A DNA stretch of 64,000 bases from an uncultured Armatimonadetes bacterium (GTDB lineage Bacteria > Armatimonadota > Hebobacteria > Hebobacterales > Hebobacteraceae). Under the pieces are notes generated by a model that ran no database searches, had not been told where the DNA came from, and was given only the letters and a program-made list of their open reading frames with translations. The position numbers were made by a program, and so were the translations under genes. This document shows positions 1 through 8,398 of the stretch, piece after piece. The stretch spans positions 192,001-256,000 of the forward strand of contig OY970296.1 in the NCBI GenBank assembly GCA_963716175.1, in the 5' to 3' direction. Every line of letters starts with the position of its first letter. The stretch's first letter is position 1.

Positions 1-1226
1 CCCAGGTAGTGCCGAGCCTGCCCGGAATTCCGCTGGGCTTCGACTATACCAGCTACGTGGAGAACCGCCGGCCCTGGGATTTCATCCGCTACCGGGGCCT
101 GGAATGGGGACCCTGGTCACTTGGGCTCTGCTACCTCATGCCCCTGGACCTGGCCTTCTCGCTGTTCGTCTTCGATCTGCTGTGGACCGCGGAATACGTG
201 CTCTCCGGGTACCTCGGCTGGGCAACCAGCCCCTGGTCAGGCTTCCCCTATGGGGAGCAGCAGACCGCCGGGGGGTTCGTGGCCCTGCTGGCGGCCGCTT
301 TCTGGCTGGACCGCCACTACCTGGTCCAGGTGCTGCGACGGGCCCTAGGGTTAGGGTCAGTGCTGCGTGATGACTCGCAGGAGGCCTTCAGTTACCGGGC
401 AGCGGTCATCGGGGCGCTGGCTGGGCTGGCCTTCCTCTGGTGGGCACTGGCGCGAGCGGGAATGCCGGCCTGGACGGTGCTGGCCTTTCTCAGCATCTAC
501 TTCCTCATGTCCCTGGTGATCTCTCGGCTGCGGGCCCAGCTCGGACCGCCCACGCATCAGCTCTACGGGGCTATGGCCAACTGGGTGCTGCCCACTCTGG
601 CTGGCACCCGGTTGCTCGGCCCCCGCACTCTCGGCATGCTGGCCCTGATGCGGCCCTATCTCCAGGAGCAGCGCAACAACCCTACGCCCTTGCAGCTCGA
701 GGCCTTGAAGATGGCCGAGGGAGGCCGGATGCAACGCCCCCGCATTGCCCTAGCGCTGGCCCTGGCGGCCCCACTCGCTATGCTCTGCTACTTCTGGGCC
801 AGTCTCCACATCGGCTATCACCTGGGCCTGGGCACTGGCAACACTCAGGTCTGGCAGCTCGATGTGGCTCGTTGGGGAACCCAGGAGTTGGATGAAGCTC
901 TCCGTTACCCCTCGGACATGAGCACCTCAGGCGCCCTGGCGATAACCTTTGGCCTGGTCTTCACACTGCTGCTTGCCTTCCTGAAGCTGCGGTTCCAGTG
1001 GTGGCCTCTCCACCCAGTGGCCTACCCGATCGCGATCGCCTCCACTATCCAGTCTATGACCCCGGCGATCCTTGGCACCTGGCTCTTCAAGGCTTTCCTG
1101 CTCCGCTATGGGGGGCTCCGTGCCCACCGCACCGCGCTTCCCTTCTTCCTGGGTCTGCTGGCGGGCGGCGCCGCTGTGGCTTCGCTGGAGCGGCTGCTGT
1201 TCATGGCCCTGGGGCTGAACCTGTAG
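1..1226 (+). CDS. DUF6785/DUF6784-like multi-TM membrane protein (putative permease), 5' truncated by window edge
   Basis: ORF 9..1226, many hydrophobic helices. Motifs SRLRAQLG, WWPLHPVAY and RYGGLRAHRTALPFFLGL are shared with the paralogs at 10195-12170 and 44780-46765. The family N-terminal half is absent, so the gene starts upstream of the window. Confidence 0.8.
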   Translation, partial: QVVPSLPGIPLGFDYTSYVENRRPWDFIRYRGLEWGPWSLGLCYLMPLDLAFSLFVFDLLWTAEYVLSGYLGWATSPWSGFPYGEQQTAGGFVALLAAAFWLDRHYLVQVLRRALGLGSVLRDDSQEAFSYRAAVIGALAGLAFLWWALARAGMPAWTVLAFLSIYFLMSLVISRLRAQLGPPTHQLYGAMANWVLPTLAGTRLLGPRTLGMLALMRPYLQEQRNNPTPLQLEALKMAEGGRMQRPRIALALALAAPLAMLCYFWASLHIGYHLGLGTGNTQVWQLDVARWGTQELDEALRYPSDMSTSGALAITFGLVFTLLLAFLKLRFQWWPLHPVAYPIAIASTIQSMTPAILGTWLFKAFLLRYGGLRAHRTALPFFLGLLAGGAAVASLERLLFMALGLNL

Positions 1227-1322
1227 GCCGGAGCCAGATCGCCTGCCAGCAGGGCCGGTTCTGGCGTCGCTCGCGAGGTGTGTCCAGCCGCACCTACTTG
1301 CGACCGACCCGGCGCGGAGGGC

Positions 1323-1351
1323 TTGACCAACAGCGAACCAGCTGCTAGCAT
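1323..1351 (+). promoter_or_regulatory. sigma70-type promoter
   Basis: TTGACC (1323-1328), 17-nt spacer, TAGCAT (1346-1351); ATG of a small ORF follows at 1361. Confidence 0.65.
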
Positions 1352-1360
1352 AGGCACCTC

Positions 1361-1468
1361 ATGAAAGCCACCAGCGGGCAACTCACCATCCTCGTGAACG
1401 GTTCGGGGCTCTATGCCTGGATCGCCCCGCACGCCGTCTCGCTCCTGCCTGCTGGTCTGCTGCTATGA
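1361..1468 (+). CDS. putative attenuator leader peptide (35 aa)
   Basis: MKATSGQLTILVNGSGLYAWIAPHAVSLLPAGLLL*. Nearly leaderless behind the promoter; its last codons are complementary to the 5' arm of the downstream terminator. Confidence 0.55.
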   Translation: MKATSGQLTILVNGSGLYAWIAPHAVSLLPAGLLL

Positions 1469-1498
1469 ACTAGCTTCTCCTAAGAGACGCAAGCAACC

Positions 1499-1541
1499 AG
1501 ACCACAGGCAGTCCGAAGGAAGCCTGTGGTCTTCTCTTTTT
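1499..1541 (+). terminator. intrinsic terminator in the 5' leader of the DUF5916-like gene (attenuator)
   Basis: AGACCACAGGC (1499-1509) pairs with GCCTGTGGTCT (1522-1532), followed by TCTCTTTTT; ends 16 nt before ATG 1558. Confidence 0.8.
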
Positions 1542-1557
1542 GGGCCGGAGGGGAACA

Positions 1558-3618
1558 ATGGCGCAGAGATGTCTAGCGACGCATCAGGTCTATCCGAGCG
1601 CGAAGCGGCAGGCCGCGCTCAGCCTCCTGTGCTGGGTGGGGCTGTCTCTGTGCGCCGTTCATCGTCACGCTGGCGCGGCCGAATTCGCGCTGCGAGCGCC
1701 AGTTGCGCCGACGGTCCCCGCCGTCAGGGTGGGCCAGCCGCCCGAGGTTGACGGTCGGCTGGATGACGCCTGCTGGCATTCGGCCACCCACATAGTTGGC
1801 TTCTGGCGGATGGAGAACGACGCCGCCGAGTATGAGCGCACAGAAGCGTGGATCTGCTACGACCGCGATAACATCTATCTGGCCTGGTACTGTCACGATT
1901 CGCAGCCGAACCGAATCGTGGCCCAACAGAAGAAGCGCGGCGGGTCCCTCCAGTCAGATGACTGGGTCGGCATTGATCTTGATGTGGACTTCGACAAGCA
2001 GTCGCCCTACTGGTTCGATGTCTCCGCGGGCGGGTGTCAGGTGGAGAGCATACCAGGGGGCTCGGTCTCGAAGATCGAGTGGCGAGGCGATTGGCGGGCT
2101 GCGACCACGCGAGTCGCGGACGGCTGGCAAGCGGAGATGGCGCTGCCGCTCAGCATCTTCCGGTACCCAAAGGGACAGTCCACGTTCGGGTTCGTGCTCA
2201 TCCGCCGCCTTTCCCGGGAGGACGACTGGAGCGTATGGCCGGCAATCGGGTCCCAGTTCGAACTGACGCGGGAGGCCGCATGGACAGGCCTGGATCTGCC
2301 GACGGCGCGGCGCCGGCCGGTGCTCATGCCCTACGTGCTGGCCGAAGTGGGAGACACCGAAAACCAGGGCTTCACTGCCGGCCTCGACGCCAAGTACCTA
2401 ATGCCGAAGGGCCTCCAGAGCATGTTCTCCTATAACCCGGATTTCCGGGATATCGAGGATGTGGTGGAGACGATTGACTTCACCTACGTCGAACGATACC
2501 TCCCGGAGTACCGGCCGTTCTTCCTGGAGGGGGGCGGCTACCAGCCCGACTCGATGATCTTCTACAGCAGGCGCCTCCACGACTTCGACGCCGGTCTGAA
2601 GGTCTTCGGGAACACCGGCCGGCAGGCGATCGGCGCGCTGGCCACTGGGGAGTTCGGCAATGCCTCTAACCTGGCGCTGAAGGACCGCTACGACATCACG
2701 CCGTGTCATGAGGTGGCCGTTTCCTTCGTGCAGCACCGGGCGCCGGGGGAACCACTGAACCTGGCCTACGGCATTCAAACTGGCCGACGCTCCCCCAAGT
2801 CCGACGGTGAAACCGGCTACTGGCTGAGCTGGATGGGCAGCCAGACAGAGGGCCCAGATGACGACGGATACTATGCGGGCGCGGGCTGGCGTCGGCAGAG
2901 AGCGACCGGACTGAGCTACGACCTAGGATGGGACAACACCTCGACTGACTTTCACCCGGCGCTTGGCTACATGCCGGAAACGGACGTGCATTCCACCTGG
3001 CTGAATCTCAATCACCGGCAGCGCTATGACACAGGGCCTGTGCTGGAGAGGATATGGTTCGGTCAGTTGAGCCAGGGAGCCGCCTCCACTGCTCGGCGCT
3101 GGCATGCCGGCGTGGATCGGTTCGTGAACCGCCGCGATCAGCGCGCGCTGTGGCTTGGCGCGGGGGCGGGCTCTCGCGACGGTTTCGCAGAGTACACTCT
3201 GTCGACAACCGCCGAATGGTGCAATCGCGATATATACCGGAACGGCAGCTTCGCGGTGAGCTACGGAGAGCGCCTGCGTCAGCCCTACCGGTACGCATCG
3301 CTCTCCGCGGGCAGGCAACTCGCGGACCGCTTCTCGGCGCGACTGACGGCCGAGCGCGCCTATTCGAGCGAGCTGAACGAGAATGGGAAGCCGACCCCGC
3401 CGTCATCGCGCCAGCAATACGTGCTGGGGCTGACCTATGATATGACCTGGGAGAAATCGGTCGGCGCGCGGCTCGTCAAGCGAGACGACGGCACGAACTG
3501 GTACATGGCCTATCGCCAGAAGGTGCGCTCCGGCGCGGATGTATGGATGATCGTTGGCGACCCGAACGCGCCGCGGTTCACCCGGCGGCTGGCTGTGAAG
3601 CTAGTGAGAGTATTCTAG
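1558..3618 (+). CDS. secreted CBM9-like/DUF5916-like protein, probable outer-membrane beta-barrel C-terminus
   Basis: Signal-like N-terminus. PEVDGRLDDACW, WQAEMALPLS, YNPDFRDIE and LPEYRPFFLEG...FYSRR are typical of CBM9+DUF5916 proteins; beta-strand-rich C-terminus ending in Phe; RBS GGAGGGG before ATG 1558. Confidence 0.75.
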   Translation: MAQRCLATHQVYPSAKRQAALSLLCWVGLSLCAVHRHAGAAEFALRAPVAPTVPAVRVGQPPEVDGRLDDACWHSATHIVGFWRMENDAAEYERTEAWICYDRDNIYLAWYCHDSQPNRIVAQQKKRGGSLQSDDWVGIDLDVDFDKQSPYWFDVSAGGCQVESIPGGSVSKIEWRGDWRAATTRVADGWQAEMALPLSIFRYPKGQSTFGFVLIRRLSREDDWSVWPAIGSQFELTREAAWTGLDLPTARRRPVLMPYVLAEVGDTENQGFTAGLDAKYLMPKGLQSMFSYNPDFRDIEDVVETIDFTYVERYLPEYRPFFLEGGGYQPDSMIFYSRRLHDFDAGLKVFGNTGRQAIGALATGEFGNASNLALKDRYDITPCHEVAVSFVQHRAPGEPLNLAYGIQTGRRSPKSDGETGYWLSWMGSQTEGPDDDGYYAGAGWRRQRATGLSYDLGWDNTSTDFHPALGYMPETDVHSTWLNLNHRQRYDTGPVLERIWFGQLSQGAASTARRWHAGVDRFVNRRDQRALWLGAGAGSRDGFAEYTLSTTAEWCNRDIYRNGSFAVSYGERLRQPYRYASLSAGRQLADRFSARLTAERAYSSELNENGKPTPPSSRQQYVLGLTYDMTWEKSVGARLVKRDDGTNWYMAYRQKVRSGADVWMIVGDPNAPRFTRRLAVKLVRVF

Positions 3619-3819
3619 CGCTGGAAGGGGAAGCTGCCCGCGGCGACAAGATACGCGGGGCGGTTCCATCGCCGCTCGACACCCGCAGACCCACCCACTC
3701 CAATCTCAACTCGGCATCCTTCTCCATCCTCGGCCTCGCAGCACAGGGATATGCATGAGAGCCGAGAATACCACGCTGTATTGGGGCTCTCGAAGCCAGA
3801 CGGGTTTTCGGACAGGACG

Positions 3820-4319
3820 CGCCTCCGGCACCCCGACCGTGCGCGGGCCTCGGGCCCGCAAAAGGTCGAGCGCGGGCATGATCCTGCTGAGGCTGTTGCC
3901 AAGGCTGGCCCCGGCTCTGACAGCGCCAGGTGGCGACCAGTCGCAAAACAGCTCGAACAGCAATCTCACGACACTGATCTGCAGAGAGGTCAGCCAGTGT
4001 GGGCGGTCCTCCTCAAGCTCCTCCCCACTGACGTTCCTGACATCCGGAAAGGATCACCCCCACCTAATGGCGTTCGCACAAAGAAGTAACGTGCGAACGC
4101 CGCTCTGGGGCCGTCTGGGCAGTTGCCTGAGCTTCGCCCCCTTACTTCTTTGGGCGAAGCTCAGTAGATCCCATCGTGCTGCTCAACTTTCAGGATAGTG
4201 GGCCTGTCGTAGACATGCGCCTTGACGTGGATGGGAGTTGACGGGGATAGATAGTGCTCCAGCCGTCTGGCCTTGGTGACGCGATCAACACCCAGATCAA
4301 CTGAGTCGAACCTTCGCAT
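3820..4319 (-). pseudogene. AraC-family regulator remnant interrupted by miniature inverted-repeat element A
   Basis: Two translated fragments align by eye with the intact AraC at 48516-49463: MRRFDSVDLGVDRVTKARRLEHYLSPSTPIHV...EQHDGI (4319-4167) and EELEEDRPHWLTSLQISVVRLLFELFCDWSPP...LSRIMPALDLLRARGPRTVGVPEA (~4040-3820). The middle of the cupin domain and the HTH are missing. Confidence 0.75.
4065..4166. mobile_element. miniature inverted-repeat element family A, copy 1 (98 bp between TA dinucleotides)
   Basis: Imperfect TIRs ATGGCGTTCGCACAAAGAAGTAA / CTGAGCTTCGCCCAAAGAAGTAA (revcomp); each end folds into an 11-13 bp hairpin; homologous copy in the opposite orientation at 9741-9842. Confidence 0.7.
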
Positions 4320-4331
4320 GGCTCACCAATC

Positions 4332-5261
4332 CTAGGAAGGAGCGTCCGGGTACTTCTGGCGGCGGTATTCGGCAGCGAACTCGCTTCCATCATAGGCGAC
4401 TGCAGAGGCCTCGAGTTCCGCCAACATCACCTCGCGGTCTCCCTCTTCCCACGAGAGCTTGGCGGCCAGAGCACAGAGTTCAGGCTCCACCAGATCACCC
4501 ATCGGAACCGGGGCCTCAGGCTGGGTTCTGGCGAGGCAGGGGAGCAGGGCTTCCAGCAGGGCGCGGTAGAGGGCACCCGAGTCCACTATGAACTGTCTCA
4601 CTGTGCGCTCACTGATGATCGTGGCATAGAATGGCAGCCACTCGCCGGTAACTCCCACCGCGATCACGCCCATCCTGCCGTCGCGCCATTTCACCTGAAC
4701 GCGGCGCTGCCGGACGCCGCCCAGGTGGCGAACGCTGACCGCGCCCGGCCCCAGAATGCCGCTCAGCAGAGAGTAGGCGTGTATCCCATAGTTGAACTCA
4801 TCCACCCCGCAGCCGCAGAACACAGTGTGCGGAACGCCGCGCTCATCCTCGGGAGAGGCCAAGTATGCCGCCACTTCTCTGCAGAACCGAAGTGACGACC
4901 CGCCAGTGATGCGCTCGCCTGCATCGGCCAGCCGCTGGAGTTCGCGGATGTCGGCGACGTTCCCGGCGAGCGGCTTGTCCAGGAGCACGGACTTGCGAGC
5001 CTCAAGGAACGGCCGTGCCTTCGCCAGGTGCGTGTCCCAGTCACATCCGTGGACGACGGCGCAGTCTACATCGGCGGCCATAGCGGCGAGCGTGCAGTAG
5101 ACTCGTGGTATCCCGTGTTCCTGCGCGAATCGCTCAGCATACCCGGCTGGATGAACGGAGCCGCCGTCCCACACTCCGACGATCTCGTGACCCAGCTCAC
5201 GCTCGATGGCAATCCAGGCTGCCGGGTGCGAGGTATCAAGATCGACGACGCCGATCCTCAC
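4332..5261 (-). CDS. Gfo/Idh/MocA-family NAD(P)-dependent oxidoreductase
   Basis: RIGVVDLDTSHP N-terminus, LLDKPLAG, GSSLRF, YGIHA; GTG at 5261 with AGGAGG RBS. Confidence 0.8.
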   Translation of the reverse strand: MRIGVVDLDTSHPAAWIAIERELGHEIVGVWDGGSVHPAGYAERFAQEHGIPRVYCTLAAMAADVDCAVVHGCDWDTHLAKARPFLEARKSVLLDKPLAGNVADIRELQRLADAGERITGGSSLRFCREVAAYLASPEDERGVPHTVFCGCGVDEFNYGIHAYSLLSGILGPGAVSVRHLGGVRQRRVQVKWRDGRMGVIAVGVTGEWLPFYATIISERTVRQFIVDSGALYRALLEALLPCLARTQPEAPVPMGDLVEPELCALAAKLSWEEGDREVMLAELEASAVAYDGSEFAAEYRRQKYPDAPS

Positions 5262-6216
5262 TGCTGCCCTCCTACCAGCTCCACTCGTTCCTTGATCTTC
5301 TGGAGGCGTCCACGCCAACGTGCGCGAAGCCTGACGATCTCCTCCGGATGCCGGAATCCCTCAATCCGTCGGTTCGCCGCAGCACATGCAGACGTACGGT
5401 GTAGGTGGGCACGAGCTTCGCGCGCTGGTCTGGTCGTCCTTGCCACTCTCGCCGGGCCGCCGGCCGCAACCCCGGTCTGGACCTGACCGTCGCCTCCTGT
5501 GCTGCCGCATCGTGCCAGCGCCTGCTGCAATGCGCGCAGCACAATTGCACCCGGCTCTTGATTCCGGATTCTTTCCGAAACTCCCCCCGCCGCGCGGTGG
5601 CGTGTGTAGCACGGGTGATGGATAACGTCTCCCCGGGATGGCTGGGCAGGCATGTTGGACCGAGGTTGACCGGGCTCGATTCCGTCTCTGCATGTCAACC
5701 GGCGATGAAGCCACAGGGCGAGGCCGGTGTGGCGCTGCCGGAGTTGGCCGGCATGGCACCCTGGGCCTGCATGCGGGTTGCCAATCCCACATAGGCCCAA
5801 CTGGGATCGGCGCCTGATCGGAAGGCATTGGCTGCCCTCGGCTAAGGAAGACGGCGAAGCGAGGTCGGGACCTCTCCGGGCCGGTTCCAGGAGGCCGTGA
5901 CATGCACCCGCGGCACCACCGCGGTGGAAGCGCAGCCCCGCGTTTCAGCAGGAACGAACTACTGCGAAGCAACCGCGTGCCCCGACGCAGCCCCACCATT
6001 CGCGTGCACGCAACTCGCCTCCCTACTCGGTTCCGCACGGCTCTGCAGTCCAGCATCTGGACCACCTCGTAGACATTCGCGCACACTGCCGCTGCTCGGC
6101 CGTGACCTTCCATCAAGAATCCATACTGGCTCCACAGAGGCGCGAAACTCGGCGGGTATCGTCTTGTAGACGCTAGCATAGAGAGTACACATTGGTCCCA
6201 GTGAGGACAGAAGAGG

Positions 6217-7962
6217 ATGGTGGGAGAGATGTGGAACAGATCGGGTCACACGGTTCGCAGATGCTCCCTCACATCAGTCCTCCTGGCCAGCCTCGCGCTC
6301 CTGCCGTCATTCGCATGGGCAGCCCGCGAAGACCCAAAGGCTGACCGGGGAGAGCACAGGCAGCAGACACAGGCACAGCACGCCGCCCGGGGCCAGCAGA
6401 CGCCGGCTCAGCCGCCGGCGGCAGGCCGGGCCAACGCTTCTCAGCGGCGGGCGAGCGGCAACCTCCTGGTAGCGCCCGCCGCGGCAGCCCCAACGGTTCG
6501 GATCAACAAAGGGAACACTGCCGCGCGAATTCCGTCCCAACCTCGTGGGGCTTCAGCGCTTAGCCAGAGCTCGGTGCCGCGCGCCAACCCCTACCAGAAC
6601 TACCGCCAGCCGGACCAGCGCACCGCAGCGCCGCAAGCTGGCCCGGCCGACCGGCGCATCACCACGCCGGAGCAGCGGCAGGGCAGTCGCTCCGGCCTCC
6701 CCGCCCTCCCGCAGGCCCAACCTCGCAACCAGCCCGCGCCGGCCAGCCCCGATCCTTATGGGCTTCGCCGGACGCCCGCGGGAGTGAGCACGGGGCAGGC
6801 CCGTTCGCTCCGGACGAGCCCGGTCGGGCCTCCGTCCTCCGGCGCGTCGCCAGAGCGACAGCCTTCGGTGGTGCGATCGCCAGAGGAACGCGGAGGCACG
6901 CGGGAGCAGATGCCAACGCCGGTCCGGAAGCCGCAGAGCGGGCAGAGCGCAGTTGCTGACCACGGCGCCGCTGTGAGTCCGACCAAACCGGAAACGGGAG
7001 TGCGGCGCCTAGTAGTGCCGGAGGCGAGTTTCCGTGGTCCCGGGAGCGAATCGAGGGTGCGAATAGTGGCTCCCGAGGAAGGGAAGCGGGTGCCGGCGCG
7101 GCTGCAAGACTGGGTGCGCAAGCAGAACACTCAGACGGGCCGTGCGGACAGCACGCGCCCGCTCGTTGACGTGGTCGGCAACCCCGTGCCCAAAGATGCG
7201 GTGCTGCTGAACCGGAACACGATCAGCAACATCACCATCAACTACACCAGGATCGTCAGCAACTTCGGGACGCCGGGGTTCTCGTATGTGGTGGCCCCGG
7301 GCGCGGTGTGGCGCGGCGGCTTCTTCCAGAACACGCGCCACCACACCGTGGTCGTGCTCAACTTCTTCTACCCGTTCTACTACTCCGACCCGTACTTTGC
7401 AGGGTTCCTCTATCCCGGGTACTACCCGTCTGTCTACGCCTACTTCGGCTGGTGCCCGGGCTGGGTCTACCCGCAGCGGGTCTACTACGCGCCCGCAGAC
7501 TACGTCTACGTCCCGGCGACGCCCTACCGTTACTACGGCAGTGGCTACCGGCTCGACTACACCGGTGCAGAGCGCGCGATCTCGGATGTCCGCAGAGCGT
7601 GGCTGGACAGCGATACTGGGCCGCTGGCCGCTCACCTCACGGACCAGATAGACATCCGAATCTACTTCGACGGGGAGTACAGCTACACGACCACGGCCGA
7701 CGACTTCTACGCCATGACGCTGGATACGCTCTCCACGACCCGGACGCTGGCGGTGGACTTCGCCGATCCGATCTGGATCTCCAGCCAAGAGGTCTTCTAC
7801 ACCGGACGCCAGGTGTTCGATGACCCTGACGGCGAACGGCACACGGTCTATGTGTCGTTCCGGTTCAGGAAGCTCGGCGCCGACTGGTATCTCGTGGCGC
7901 TCGGCACCTCGAGGAATCCCATCGAGCACCAGTACATGGACTTCCGGTACAGCAACAGTTGA
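6217..7962 (+). CDS. secreted hypothetical protein: long Pro/Gln/Ala/Arg disordered region, Tyr-rich segment, C-terminal NTF2-like domain
   Basis: Signal peptide (VLLASLALLPSFAWA); low-complexity N-terminal half; Y/F/P-rich block; globular C-terminus ending FRFRKLGADWYLVALG. Exact start uncertain. Confidence 0.7.
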   Translation: MVGEMWNRSGHTVRRCSLTSVLLASLALLPSFAWAAREDPKADRGEHRQQTQAQHAARGQQTPAQPPAAGRANASQRRASGNLLVAPAAAAPTVRINKGNTAARIPSQPRGASALSQSSVPRANPYQNYRQPDQRTAAPQAGPADRRITTPEQRQGSRSGLPALPQAQPRNQPAPASPDPYGLRRTPAGVSTGQARSLRTSPVGPPSSGASPERQPSVVRSPEERGGTREQMPTPVRKPQSGQSAVADHGAAVSPTKPETGVRRLVVPEASFRGPGSESRVRIVAPEEGKRVPARLQDWVRKQNTQTGRADSTRPLVDVVGNPVPKDAVLLNRNTISNITINYTRIVSNFGTPGFSYVVAPGAVWRGGFFQNTRHHTVVVLNFFYPFYYSDPYFAGFLYPGYYPSVYAYFGWCPGWVYPQRVYYAPADYVYVPATPYRYYGSGYRLDYTGAERAISDVRRAWLDSDTGPLAAHLTDQIDIRIYFDGEYSYTTTADDFYAMTLDTLSTTRTLAVDFADPIWISSQEVFYTGRQVFDDPDGERHTVYVSFRFRKLGADWYLVALGTSRNPIEHQYMDFRYSNS

Positions 7963-8398
7963 TGCAGGCCGTCGGTCAGTGGCGCCGGACCCGTGTTCTC
8001 TCTAGCAACCCCATCCCGGCGCCCTGATCGGCGGCGCAGGTCCATGGCAGCACGAGCCGCGGGCGTTGAGTAGGGTTGGTGGAAGCCGCCAGATTGCAGG
8101 GGACGCACAGCACGGCCACGGTGGGCCGGCCCGCCGCTCCAGTCAGAGCGGCCACGTGATGCCCTCTTGCCCGTACTGGCATACTCGGATAGCGGCACTC
8201 CCGAGACTGGGGACAAGGTAACGATGCCACCGCTCGCCCTTCCGTTGACACCAGTAAGCCGGCGTTTCGTGGCCCGCATGCAGGGCTCCGCATGAGCCCG
8301 GGGAATCCCACTGCCAGCGACAGGCGCTTCGTCTGAGGCCTGCAGCGCGAGCCGCAGACTGGATCCTCATGCGCCTGGGACAGGGAGATCACCGAAAT

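Noticed and set aside
5258-6179. Minus-strand ORFs upstream of the Gfo/Idh/MocA gene (5258..5800 ends with a GTGA overlap)
   Set aside because: No recognisable family, RBS or consistent frame; may be a gene remnant but cannot be supported.
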